Origin: Synechococcus sp.
GTDB lineage: Bacteria; Cyanobacteriota; Cyanobacteriia; PCC-6307; Cyanobiaceae
Length of the DNA: 64,000 nucleotides
Assembly (NCBI GenBank): GCA_047285305.1
Contig: JBJBDL010000003.1
Span: 1,056,001-1,120,000, forward strand
Direction of reading: 5' to 3'
A program made the translations under genes and the position numbers. The first letter of the stretch is position 1; each line of letters opens with the position of its first letter. Shown in pieces: positions 41,512 to 53,847 of the stretch. The notes under the pieces are model-generated. The model was not told where the DNA came from and did no database searches. It saw only the letters and a list, made by a program, of their open reading frames with translations.

Positions 41512-41868
41512 GTGGTGACCGCCGGTCAGGTTCAAAGATCAGTTCCCCGTACGGATGCAGCCAGCATGGCTGCAGCGATTCAGCGGCAGACCGACCAACA
41601 GGAACTGCAGTGCAGCCTTCTCGCCTTGGCGGCCAAGGCGGGTCTTGTTCTATTGGGCTGTGTGAGCTTGATTCGCCTGTCGGTGGCCTACCAGGAACGC
41701 ATGGATCGCCACAGTGAAATCGCGGCGGTCGTGTCGATTGAGTCGGCGAAATTGGAAACGCTGCAACAACGCTTCGACCGTCTGTTCAGCATCGGTGGAG
41801 AGAAGCGTCTGATCAGCGAGCAGGATCAGTGGATCGCCCCCAATCGTCTGCGCGTGATCTGGCGCTGA
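41512..41868 (+). CDS. Bitopic membrane protein with coiled coil (FtsB/FtsL-like topology)
   Basis: One TM (LVLLGCVSLIRL), then a heptad helix and a C-terminal IAPNRLRVIW strand. Start uncertain. Confidence 0.7.
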   Translation: MVTAGQVQRSVPRTDAASMAAAIQRQTDQQELQCSLLALAAKAGLVLLGCVSLIRLSVAYQERMDRHSEIAAVVSIESAKLETLQQRFDRLFSIGGEKRLISEQDQWIAPNRLRVIWR

Positions 41869-41877
41869 GATTCGTGA

Positions 41878-42888
<1,011 letters not shown>

Positions 42889-42901
42889 GCTCAGCTTTTC
42901 A

Positions 42902-42938
42902 CAACAAGGCCCCGGTTGCAGCGGCCGGGGCTTTGTTG
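42902..42938. terminator. Bidirectional hairpin between the convergent por and chlL genes
   Basis: CAACAAGGCCCCGG-N9-CCGGGGCTTTGTTG. Confidence 0.7.
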
Positions 42939-42951
42939 ATCAAGTCGAGGG

Positions 42952-43905
<954 letters not shown>

Positions 43906-43927
43906 TCACCAAGAAATGAAAGATCGG

Positions 43928-43949
43928 GCTCTTGCTTGAGTGCAAGAGC
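43928..43949. other. Perfect 8-bp inverted repeat in the AT-rich chlB-chlL spacer
   Basis: GCTCTTGC-TTGAGT-GCAAGAGC. Confidence 0.55.
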
Positions 43950-43991
43950 AGAATTTCTTTCAATTAAATCAAAAGAAATGAGTGCAAATGC

Positions 43992-45566
43992 TCATGCCTT
44001 GAAGTGGGCTTTTGCGTCATATAGCGTTTCGCTGCTGATCTCCCTGCAGCCCACATCGCGGGCGTAAGACTCCGTGTTTCGTCGCACCTTGCCCCGTACG
44101 AAGAAGGGGATCTTGTTCAGCTCGGCTTCCCCGTCGGCCGTCCAATGCAGAGCGCCATCGCCCTCTCCTGGGGTATCACTCAAGCCTGAACTTTCGGCGG
44201 CGCCGGCACCACCGGCATGGCCCAGGTGGCTCTGGTGGCCATCCACGAATTCGAAATCGTGGCGGAACATGCCGATCAGGTGTTCCTCCAGGCCCATCAT
44301 CAGCGGGTGCACCCAGTCGTCGAAGATCACGTTTGCCCCTTCCCAGCCCATCTGGGGGCTCATTCGGGCGGGCACGTCCTGTACATGCATCGGTGTGCTG
44401 ATCACCGCGCAGGGAATTCCCAGTCGCTTGGCGCTGTGGCGCTCCATCTGGGTTCCCAGTACCAGTTCTGGTGCCGCTTCGGCCATGGCCGCTTCCACCG
44501 CCAGGTAGTCGTCACTGATCAGGGCCTCTAGGCCCAGGGCTTTGGCGGCGGCCCGCACGGGCCGGGCCATCTCTCGGCTGTAGGTGCCCAGCCCAACCAC
44601 CGTAAAACCCAGTTCCTCGCTGCAGATCCGGGCCGCGGCGAGGGCGTGACTGCCGTCGCCAAAGATGAACACCCGCTTGCCAGTGAGGTACGTGGAGTCC
44701 ACGGATTCCGAATACCAGGGCAGGCGTGAGCGCCGGTATCCCTCGTCGGGGGCTGGGGGCTCCATTCCCAGCATTTCGTGCACTTCGACGAGGAAATCGT
44801 GGGTGGCACCCACTCCAATCGGCACCGTTCGGCTGAAGGGCATGCCGAAATTGCGCTCCAGCCAGCTGCAGCTGGATTCAGCCACTTCCGGATAGAGGCA
44901 GACGTTGAAATCGGCATCGGGGATCCGCTGCAGATCCTCCACGCCTGCTCCGAGGGGCGCCACCACACCCACATCGATGCCGTGCAGGGTGAGCAGCTTC
45001 TGTATCTCCAGCACATCGTCCCTGCAGCGGAAGCCCAGCAGGGAGGGGCCCAACAGGTTCACCCGGGGCCGGCGGCCCTGGTGTTGCCATGCCCTGGGGG
45101 CGTGCTGGCTGTTGGCGGGTGCCTGCTCCTTCAGCAGGTTGCGCACCAGTTGATAGAAGGTTTCCGCGGCCCCCCAGTTCTCCTTTTTGCTGTAGGCCGG
45201 CAGCTCCAGACTCACCACCGGCATGGTCAAACCCATGCCCTGGGCAAGGGCACCGGGCTGATCCTGAATCAACTCCGCGGTGCAGCTTTCCCCCACCAGC
45301 AGGGCATCGGGCTGGAAGCGATCCACCGCTTCACGCACATGCCGTTTCACCAGTTCGGCGGTGTCCCCGCCGAGATCCCGGGCCTGAAAGGTGGTGTAAG
45401 TGACGGGCGGACGCTGTCCGCGCCGCTCAATCATCGTGAACAGCAGATCGGCATAGGTGTCCCCCTGGGGGGCATGTAGCACGTAATGAACGCCGCGCAT
45501 TGAGGCGGCGATGCGCATGGCCCCCACATGGGGTGGCCCTTCGTAGGTCCAGAGCGTGAGTTGCAT
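43992..45566 (-). CDS. chlB: Dark-operative protochlorophyllide reductase subunit B
   Basis: [27 protein letters not shown]-terminal [14 protein letters not shown]. Confidence 0.97.
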   Translation of the reverse strand: MQLTLWTYEGPPHVGAMRIAASMRGVHYVLHAPQGDTYADLLFTMIERRGQRPPVTYTTFQARDLGGDTAELVKRHVREAVDRFQPDALLVGESCTAELIQDQPGALAQGMGLTMPVVSLELPAYSKKENWGAAETFYQLVRNLLKEQAPANSQHAPRAWQHQGRRPRVNLLGPSLLGFRCRDDVLEIQKLLTLHGIDVGVVAPLGAGVEDLQRIPDADFNVCLYPEVAESSCSWLERNFGMPFSRTVPIGVGATHDFLVEVHEMLGMEPPAPDEGYRRSRLPWYSESVDSTYLTGKRVFIFGDGSHALAAARICSEELGFTVVGLGTYSREMARPVRAAAKALGLEALISDDYLAVEAAMAEAAPELVLGTQMERHSAKRLGIPCAVISTPMHVQDVPARMSPQMGWEGANVIFDDWVHPLMMGLEEHLIGMFRHDFEFVDGHQSHLGHAGGAGAAESSGLSDTPGEGDGALHWTADGEAELNKIPFFVRGKVRRNTESYARDVGCREISSETLYDAKAHFKA

Positions 45567-45570
45567 GGGA

Positions 45571-46866
<1,296 letters not shown>

Positions 46867-46961
46867 TCAACCTCTCCAAGCTGCGAATAAATCCGCTGAG
46901 GAGTGGAAATGTCGCTCAAACTCTTTGGGATCGCTCCGGCCAGGCAGGCCCTGGATTGAGC

Positions 46962-47339
46962 TCAAAGGCGGCGGCGGAATCCGTCGTAGCGATCGGAGCG
47001 ATCACTCTCCTCTGCTTTGCTCAAGCGCCAGACGTTGCGGCTGACCCGGCGGGCGATAAGGCCACCGCGTTCCACCTTTTCCGTTCCAGGGCGGGCCCCT
47101 AGCAGCATGCTCACCTCCGCGGTGGTGAGGGGAGCACCGGTTTCGATGGCCAACGACGTCAGTTCCAGTCGTTGACGCAGCTGGCGCAGACGCTCACTGT
47201 CTGCATTTCCTGATGCCTCCAGCCAGGGCAGATCCACCTGGCCATCCTGCGCAAGCCGTTGCATCAGGCCGAAGCTCACCATCCCAAGGGCTTGATCAGC
47301 GTTGAGATCCACTGGCTTCAAAGAAGACTGCTCAGTCAT
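46962..47339 (-). CDS. Hypothetical protein
   Basis: 125-aa ORF with host-like codon usage, divergent from csoS1D. Confidence 0.75.
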   Translation of the reverse strand: MTEQSSLKPVDLNADQALGMVSFGLMQRLAQDGQVDLPWLEASGNADSERLRQLRQRLELTSLAIETGAPLTTAEVSMLLGARPGTEKVERGGLIARRVSRNVWRLSKAEESDRSDRYDGFRRRL

Positions 47340-47457
47340 TGCAAGATCTCTAGAAGGGTTCTCCGGAAGTTATCGGCTGTTTTTCAAGGCGCAAGACCGC
47401 AGGCTCTAACTCTTTATTGGCCCGTTTCAGCTGAATTCGTCCGGTACACTCCCCGCC

Positions 47458-48243
47458 ATGACACGTTTTGCCAGCTTCGATGCTCGGGAGCGGCGACGCG
47501 GCGGTAGTGCTCTCGTCACCGGCACTGAGGTGACCCCCCAGCAAGGGGGGGCGAGCTGTGTTGTGACAACGGATTCGGAGTCGCCCCGGCTGTTGCGGCA
47601 GAACAGCCATGTGCAGTCGATCGAACTGCGCACCCACGTGTTCATCGACTCGCTGCAGCCGCAACTCGCGGCCTACATGGGTTCGGTGAGCCAAGGATTT
47701 CTGCCCATTCCTGGAGATGCCTGCCTCTGGATGGAGGTGTCACCAGGCATGGCGGTGCACCGGGTGACGGACATCGCACTGAAGGCCAGCAACGTTCGTC
47801 TCGGCCAGATGGTGGTGGAGCGGGCGTTCGGTTCGATGGCCCTTTACCACCGTGATCAGAGCACGGTGCTCCATTCCGGAGATGTGGTGCTGGAAGCGAT
47901 CGGGAGCACCATTGACCAGCGTTCTCCAGCCGATGTGAGCTGGACGGAAGTGATCCGGGCAATCACGCCCGACCATGCCGTGCTGATCAACCGGCAGAAC
48001 CGACGCGGCTCAATGATCGAAGCCGGGATGAGCATGTTCATCCTGGAGACGGAGCCGGCCGGATACGTGTTGATCGCTGCCAACGAAGCAGAAAAAGCCT
48101 CCAACATCACCTTGGTGGACGTGAAAGCGGTGGGTGCTTTCGGGCGTCTCACTCTTGCTGGACGGGAAGGTGATGTCGAAGAAGCGGCCGCGGCGGCGAT
48201 GCGCGCCATCGACCACATCAACAGCAACGCAAGGCTGCCCTGA
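47458..48243 (+). CDS. csoS1D: Alpha-carboxysome tandem-BMC shell protein
   Basis: [34 protein letters not shown]. Confidence 0.95.
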   Translation: MTRFASFDARERRRGGSALVTGTEVTPQQGGASCVVTTDSESPRLLRQNSHVQSIELRTHVFIDSLQPQLAAYMGSVSQGFLPIPGDACLWMEVSPGMAVHRVTDIALKASNVRLGQMVVERAFGSMALYHRDQSTVLHSGDVVLEAIGSTIDQRSPADVSWTEVIRAITPDHAVLINRQNRRGSMIEAGMSMFILETEPAGYVLIAANEAEKASNITLVDVKAVGAFGRLTLAGREGDVEEAAAAAMRAIDHINSNARLP

Positions 48244-48252
48244 GCGCACTGA

Positions 48253-48861
48253 TCAGCTCAGGTGCAGCAGCTCACGCAACTGTGGTGCCAGAGCTCGCGC
48301 CGCCTTCCCGCGGCTGCCAAGGCGGCTGAGCTGAGCCGCATTTAGTTCGCCGTAGGTGCAACGGGCTTCCCGCACCCAAAGCAGGGATTCGAATCCGCCG
48401 CCAGCGTAGGCCGGGGCGCTCAGGAGTTCGCCCCAGCAAATGCCCTCCGCCGCGGCACGACAGCTTCCGGAGGGATCACACAACACCATCGTGCTGCGGA
48501 AACAGGCACTCCGATAAGGCGAGCCAACCAGCTCGCTGAGGAGCCGCTGCACCTTGGCGTCGTTTCCATCGGCGTAACGGGCCGAATACAGGCCGGGTGC
48601 CCCTTGAAGAGCATCCACCTCAAGCCCTGAATCGTCAGCCAAGGCCCAGCAGCCGGTACGAAGAGCTGCAGCGCTGGCTTTCAGCTCAGCGTTCTCTTGG
48701 TAGGTGCCCCCCGTCTCTTCAACATCCAGATCGGCAGGTTGACGCTGCACGTCCAGGGGAAGCGGTCCCAGCATGGCCTCGATCTCAGCAACCTTGATCG
48801 GGTTGCCCGTGGCAATGGTGAGCTGAAGCGCCAAGGAGGACCGACAAAAGAGGGTCTCCAT
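48253..48861 (-). CDS. ham1: Ham1/RdgB non-canonical purine NTP pyrophosphatase
   Basis: ATGNPIK, EETG.TY.ENA..KA, ADDSGL, PGLYSARY, SRG. Confidence 0.92.
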   Translation of the reverse strand: METLFCRSSLALQLTIATGNPIKVAEIEAMLGPLPLDVQRQPADLDVEETGGTYQENAELKASAAALRTGCWALADDSGLEVDALQGAPGLYSARYADGNDAKVQRLLSELVGSPYRSACFRSTMVLCDPSGSCRAAAEGICWGELLSAPAYAGGGFESLLWVREARCTYGELNAAQLSRLGSRGKAARALAPQLRELLHLS

Positions 48862-49066
48862 TGTGCGGGCTGGTTGGGGCTAGGAGCTAACAATCTCTGG
48901 ATTCGACCCAGCGACACCCAATTGGGTTGAACATTCCACCCCGCAGCAAGGCTTTGGGAGGGTGACGCAACGTGAACCTATGGACCTTCGCCACTGCCGA
49001 CAACGACTTGTGGGGATGTGATCACACGAACCACCACAGCAGATCGGAACAGTGAGGCAAAGGGTG

Positions 49067-49081
49067 ATAAGCCAGGCTTAT
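49067..49081. promoter_or_regulatory. Putative LysR-type (RbcR/CbbR) operator upstream of the carboxysome operon
   Basis: Dyad ATAAGCC-A-GGCTTAT containing T-N11-A, about 110 bp upstream of csoS1. Confidence 0.6.
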
Positions 49082-49190
49082 TTAGTTCACTATGGACAGT
49101 GATCGAGAAAGTCGTCCAAATCGCTTGACGAGAAGGGTTCTGGCGGAGCAATGTCCCCAGCGAACATTCCACCCCTTCTCCCGGTAGGCA

Positions 49191-49502
49191 ATGGCTAACG
49201 AAACCATGGGCATCGCCCTCGGCATGATCGAGACCCGCGGTCTGGTCCCCGCCATCGAGGCAGCTGATGCCATGACCAAGGCTGCCGAAGTGCGCCTGAT
49301 CGGTCGTGAGTTCGTCGGCGGCGGCTACGTCACCGTTCTGGTTCGCGGCGAAACTGGCGCTGTCAACGCTGCTGTGCGCGCTGGCGCTGACGCTTGCGAG
49401 CGCGTCGGTGACGGCCTGGTCGCAGCTCACATCATCGCCCGCCCACACCGCGAAGTGGAGCCTGCTCTGGGCAACGGCAACTTCCTTGGTCAGAAGGACT
49501 GA
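49191..49502 (+). CDS. csoS1: Alpha-carboxysome major shell hexamer
   Basis: GIALGMIETRGLVPAIEAADAMTKAA...HIIARPH. Confidence 0.98.
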   Translation: MANETMGIALGMIETRGLVPAIEAADAMTKAAEVRLIGREFVGGGYVTVLVRGETGAVNAAVRAGADACERVGDGLVAAHIIARPHREVEPALGNGNFLGQKD

Positions 49503-49573
49503 GATCTTCCGCTGAGCCTCTGACGAGGCACGCGAACGTCTCAACCTCTTCACCGACCTAACGGAATTTTCCT

Positions 49574-50989
49574 ATGAGCAAGAAGTACGACGCTGGGGTC
49601 AAGGAGTACAGGGATACCTACTGGACTCCTGATTACGTCCCCCTCGACACCGACCTGCTGGCCTGCTTCAAGTGCACCGGCCAAGAAGGTGTGCCCAAGG
49701 AAGAAGTTGCCGCTGCTGTGGCTGCTGAATCCTCCACCGGCACCTGGTCCACTGTGTGGTCCGAGCTCCTCACCGATCTCGACTTCTACAAGGGCCGTTG
49801 CTACCGCATCGAAGACGTCCCTGGTGACAAGGAGTCCTTCTATGCCTTCATCGCCTACCCCCTCGACCTGTTCGAAGAGGGTTCTATCACCAACGTTCTG
49901 ACCTCCCTGGTCGGCAACGTGTTCGGTTTTAAGGCTCTGCGCCACCTCCGTCTGGAAGACATCCGCTTCCCGATGGCCTTCATCAAGAGCTGCTACGGCC
50001 CGCCGAACGGCATCCAGGTCGAGCGCGACCGGATGAACAAGTACGGCCGTCCTCTGCTGGGTTGCACCATCAAGCCGAAGCTCGGCCTGAGCGGTAAGAA
50101 CTACGGGCGTGTTGTCTATGAGTGCCTGCGTGGCGGTCTGGACTTCACCAAGGACGACGAGAACATCAACTCCCAGCCCTTCCAGCGTTGGCAGAACCGT
50201 TTCGAATTCGTCGCGGAAGCCATCAAGCTGTCCGAGCAGGAGACCGGCGAGCGCAAGGGTCACTACCTCAATGTGACCGCCAACACTCCCGAGGAGATGT
50301 ACGAGCGCGCTGAGTTCGCCAAGGAACTCGGCATGCCGATCATCATGCACGACTTCATCACCGGTGGCTTCACGGCCAACACCGGTCTGTCGAAGTGGTG
50401 TCGCAAGAACGGCATGTTGCTGCACATCCACCGCGCCATGCACGCGGTGATCGACCGTCACCCCAAGCACGGCATCCACTTCCGCGTTCTCGCCAAGTGT
50501 CTGCGTCTGTCCGGTGGTGACCAGCTCCACACCGGCACCGTGGTCGGCAAGCTGGAAGGTGATCGTCAGACCACCCTCGGCTACATCGACCAGCTGCGCG
50601 AATCCTTCGTGCCCGAAGACCGCAGCCGCGGCAACTTCTTCGATCAGGACTGGGGTTCCATGCCTGGCGTGTTCGCCGTTGCTTCTGGCGGTATCCACGT
50701 GTGGCACATGCCCGCCCTGGTCACCATCTTCGGCGACGACTCCGTTCTTCAGTTCGGTGGTGGTACCCATGGTCACCCCTGGGGCTCCGCTGCAGGTGCT
50801 GCTGCCAACCGTGTGGCCCTCGAGGCCTGCGTCAAGGCACGCAACGCCGGCCGTCATCTCGAGAAAGAGAGCCGCGACATCCTCACGGAAGCCGCGAAGC
50901 ACAGCCCTGAGCTGGCCATCGCCCTCGAGACCTGGAAGGAGATCAAGTTCGAGTTCGACACCGTCGACAAGCTCGACGTCCAGAACTGA
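49574..50989 (+). CDS. cbbL: Rubisco large subunit, form IA
   Basis: [38 protein letters not shown]. Confidence 0.99.
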   Translation: MSKKYDAGVKEYRDTYWTPDYVPLDTDLLACFKCTGQEGVPKEEVAAAVAAESSTGTWSTVWSELLTDLDFYKGRCYRIEDVPGDKESFYAFIAYPLDLFEEGSITNVLTSLVGNVFGFKALRHLRLEDIRFPMAFIKSCYGPPNGIQVERDRMNKYGRPLLGCTIKPKLGLSGKNYGRVVYECLRGGLDFTKDDENINSQPFQRWQNRFEFVAEAIKLSEQETGERKGHYLNVTANTPEEMYERAEFAKELGMPIIMHDFITGGFTANTGLSKWCRKNGMLLHIHRAMHAVIDRHPKHGIHFRVLAKCLRLSGGDQLHTGTVVGKLEGDRQTTLGYIDQLRESFVPEDRSRGNFFDQDWGSMPGVFAVASGGIHVWHMPALVTIFGDDSVLQFGGGTHGHPWGSAAGAAANRVALEACVKARNAGRHLEKESRDILTEAAKHSPELAIALETWKEIKFEFDTVDKLDVQN

Positions 50990-50999
50990 TCGTCTCAAC

Positions 51000-51030
51000 G
51001 GCCGGTTGATGCAACCGGCCACCCCTTTTT
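51000..51030 (+). other. Stem-loop between cbbL and cbbS
   Basis: GGCCGGTTG-ATG-CAACCGGCC followed by ACCCCTTTTT. Confidence 0.65.
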
Positions 51031-51048
51031 CTTACACCCAGGATCCCC

Positions 51049-51390
51049 ATGCCTTTCCAGAGCACCGTGGGTGACTATCAAACAGTCGCCACCCTGGAGA
51101 CTTTCGGCTTCCTCCCGCCGATGACCCAGGACGAGATCTACGACCAGATCGCCTACATCATTGCCCAGGGTTGGAGCCCGCTCGTTGAGCACGTCCACCC
51201 CAGCAATTCCATGGCCACCTACTGGTCGTATTGGAAGCTCCCCTTCTTCGGTGAGAAGGATCTGAACGTCGTTGTCAGTGAGCTCGAGGCTTGCCATCGC
51301 GCATACCCCGATCACCACGTGCGCATCGTCGGTTACGACGCCTACACCCAAAGCCAGGGTGCCTGCTTCGTGGTCTTCGAAGGACGCTGA
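51049..51390 (+). CDS. cbbS: Rubisco small subunit
   Basis: ETFGFLPPM, YWSYWKLPFF, VRIVGYD. Confidence 0.99.
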   Translation: MPFQSTVGDYQTVATLETFGFLPPMTQDEIYDQIAYIIAQGWSPLVEHVHPSNSMATYWSYWKLPFFGEKDLNVVVSELEACHRAYPDHHVRIVGYDAYTQSQGACFVVFEGR

Positions 51391-51410
51391 TCCTTCGAAC
51401 CCATGGTTCC

Positions 51411-51442
51411 GAGCCCTGACCTGATCAGGGCTCCAGCTTTTT
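51411..51442 (+). terminator. Probable partial terminator after cbbS
   Basis: GAGCCCTGA-CCTGA-TCAGGGCTC followed by CAGCTTTTT. Confidence 0.65.
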
Positions 51443-51491
51443 CCGGAGGGGCAAGTGCCCTTCCACCTCACGACGACATCCTCGGGCGGAC

Positions 51492-53840
51492 ATGGCAAGA
51501 CTCTCCAGTCGCGAACTCGCACTTGAACGCCGCAAGGCGCTGACCACTTCCGGTAAGAAGTCCTCGGTAGCGGCTGGTGATGGCGCCAACCGTGTTCGCA
51601 CCGTTGATGATGCCCGTCCCACCCGCACCAACGCGGCCGCTCCTGCTGAGCCTGCCTCTGCAACTGCCACCCCCGCTGCCGTAGCTCCGCAGCGGACCAC
51701 GTCGTTTGCAGCTGCTCCCGCAATCCGCAGCTCTCAGGTCAAGCCCCATCGCGATCCCAGCCGCGAATTGGTGCTCGCCCGTCGTGATGCCCTGTCCCGC
51801 CGCGGCAAGACTGCCGACACCAGCCGCGATCGCAACCGCGCAGATGTGGCCCGTCAGACCCAAGCCGCTGCACCTGCTGAAACCACCAAGAGCTGCGGCT
51901 GCGGTGGCAAGCGTGCCGTTGAAAAGGCTTCTCTCAGTGCACCGGCCCCCAAGTTCTCTGCCCGTTCGGAGCGCCGTTCGGCTACTCCCAAGCGTCGTGC
52001 CATCGAGAACCCCAGTCGCGCGCTGGTGCTGGCCCGTCGTGAAGCCATGGCGAAGCATGGCAAAACCGCTGGCAAGCAACCCACCAGTGCGGCAGCCGTT
52101 GCCCGTCAGGCCAACCCTGACCTCACCAGCCGTGAATTGGCTCAACAGGTGCGCGAGCTGCGCACCAAGGCCGGCGCCCGCAACAAGCAAAGCGCTGGTG
52201 TGACCCGCCCTACCGGTCCCAACCGCCACGGCGCCAAGCAAGCCGCTGCTGCTGATGCTCACTGGAAGGTGGGTGAAAGCACCACCACAGGCGGCCAGAC
52301 AGTGACCGGCACCCAGGCCAACCGCTCGGTGAAAACCACCGGCAACGAGGCGAGCACCTGTCGTTCGATCACCGGTACCGAGTACCTGGGCTCCGAAGTC
52401 TTCCAGACCTTCTGTCAGACCACTCCCGCTGCAACAACTCCGGCCAAGGTGCGCATCACCGCCACCAGCCACGGCAACCGCATCACCGGTAATGAAGTCG
52501 GCCGTTCCGAAAAGGTCACCGGCGATGAGCCCGGCACCTGCAAGAGCGTGACCGGCACCGAGTACATCTCCGCCAATCAGTCGGCTGCTTACTGCGGTGG
52601 TGGTACGACCTCCCCGCGCAAGGTGGGCCACAGCCTCACCGAACAGGGCCGTCCTGTGAGTGGCGTGATGGTTGGCCGCTCCGCCAGCGTCACCGGTGAT
52701 GAAGCTGGTGCCAACCGCAGCCTCACCGGCGATCAATACCTGGGTTCGGATCCCCTGCCCGAAGGTCGTCCTGCCGCCAAGGTAGGCCTTTCCGGAACCC
52801 TCTCCGGCACTGGCGTGACCGGCACCATGGTGGGCCGTTCGGCTCAGGTCACCGGTGATGAGTTCGGCTCCTGCCACCGCGTGACGGGTGATCAGTACAT
52901 CAGTGCAGAGCAGGTGAATGCCTTCTGTGGTTCCAAGCCCGAACCCGAAGCAGCCAAAGTTGGTTTCAGCGTCACTAACCGCAACCAGGTGGTGAGCGGC
53001 ACCCGCACGGGTCGTTCGGAGAACGTGACGGGCGATGAGCCTGGCAGCTGCCAGGCCGTCACCGGCACCCCCTATGCAGGTCTTGAGCAGGCCGGCCAAC
53101 ACTGCGGGACCCCTGCTGTTCAGGCCATCCGTGAGCGCACGCCTGTGCGTGTCGGCACCCCTTCCGCAGCTATGACGGGCATCCAACCAGGTGTGGGTGG
53201 TGTGATGACCGGCGACAAGCGTGGCGCTTGTGAAGCAGTCACCGGCACCCCCTACGTGGGTGCTGATCAGCTGGCCGCTGCCTGCGGTGCTGATGCTCCC
53301 GCTGGAACCGATACCCACGGCCAAGCTCCTGAGGGTGCTGCCTGGACTCGCTTCAGCGTGGTGTCTCCCGCCCGTGCTGCCCAACAGCAACGTGAGGCCG
53401 CGTCCGGTGTGACTGGTACCTCCTATGAACAGGGGAATCGCATTACTGGCCCTTTTGACATGGCTGGCGGCAAGGTGACCGGTACCGAGCAATTCCGCTT
53501 CGACAACCGCGAGTTCCAGAACCGTCAGCAGCGACAGTTCCAGCCCACCGTGGCTGTGGTCAGCGAGCCTTCAGAGAAGCCTGCATCCCGGGTGACCGGC
53601 GAGGGCTCCTCCACCAAGATCACTGGTGACGACTGGGATCGTGGTGAGCACGTGACCGGTACTGAGGGTGCTTCGGCCCGCCGTCGTAACCCCAGCCGCC
53701 CCGGCCCGATGAGTGCCATGGCTCCTTACGAGCGCAAGCGCAACGAAGAGACCGAATGGCCTGTGAGCCGCGTGACCGGTTCCAGCGGCAACACCGAGAA
53801 GGGTTCTCTGATCACCGTCTCCGGCGGCGCACGGGGCTGA
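51492..53840 (+). CDS. csoS2: Carboxysome assembly scaffold
   Basis: Four N-peptides (SRELALERRKAL etc.), repeated (V/I)TG motifs, C-terminal ITVSGGARG. Confidence 0.98.
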   Translation: MARLSSRELALERRKALTTSGKKSSVAAGDGANRVRTVDDARPTRTNAAAPAEPASATATPAAVAPQRTTSFAAAPAIRSSQVKPHRDPSRELVLARRDALSRRGKTADTSRDRNRADVARQTQAAAPAETTKSCGCGGKRAVEKASLSAPAPKFSARSERRSATPKRRAIENPSRALVLARREAMAKHGKTAGKQPTSAAAVARQANPDLTSRELAQQVRELRTKAGARNKQSAGVTRPTGPNRHGAKQAAAADAHWKVGESTTTGGQTVTGTQANRSVKTTGNEASTCRSITGTEYLGSEVFQTFCQTTPAATTPAKVRITATSHGNRITGNEVGRSEKVTGDEPGTCKSVTGTEYISANQSAAYCGGGTTSPRKVGHSLTEQGRPVSGVMVGRSASVTGDEAGANRSLTGDQYLGSDPLPEGRPAAKVGLSGTLSGTGVTGTMVGRSAQVTGDEFGSCHRVTGDQYISAEQVNAFCGSKPEPEAAKVGFSVTNRNQVVSGTRTGRSENVTGDEPGSCQAVTGTPYAGLEQAGQHCGTPAVQAIRERTPVRVGTPSAAMTGIQPGVGGVMTGDKRGACEAVTGTPYVGADQLAAACGADAPAGTDTHGQAPEGAAWTRFSVVSPARAAQQQREAASGVTGTSYEQGNRITGPFDMAGGKVTGTEQFRFDNREFQNRQQRQFQPTVAVVSEPSEKPASRVTGEGSSTKITGDDWDRGEHVTGTEGASARRRNPSRPGPMSAMAPYERKRNEETEWPVSRVTGSSGNTEKGSLITVSGGARG

Positions 53841-53847
53841 TTCATTG

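Noticed and set aside
49017..49026. TGTGATCACA palindrome as a CRP site
   Set aside because: The half-sites lack the 6-bp spacer required for CRP binding, and the same decamer occurs inside sasA.
49550..53492. Long antisense ORFs over cbbL and csoS2 (also 27158-28756, 25370-26617, 45556-46734)
   Set aside because: Shadow frames produced by high-GC codon bias of well-identified sense genes; no domain motifs.
52261..53800. Recurrent GTGACCGG/TCACCGG repeats resembling an array
   Set aside because: They encode the (V/I)TG motifs of CsoS2 and have neither CRISPR-like constant repeats nor regular spacers.
51492..53840. Programmed -1 frameshift producing a short CsoS2, as in Halothiobacillus
   Set aside because: I found no in-frame C CCA AAG-type slippery heptamer, only weak GAA AAG sites. 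Not supportable without proteomics.
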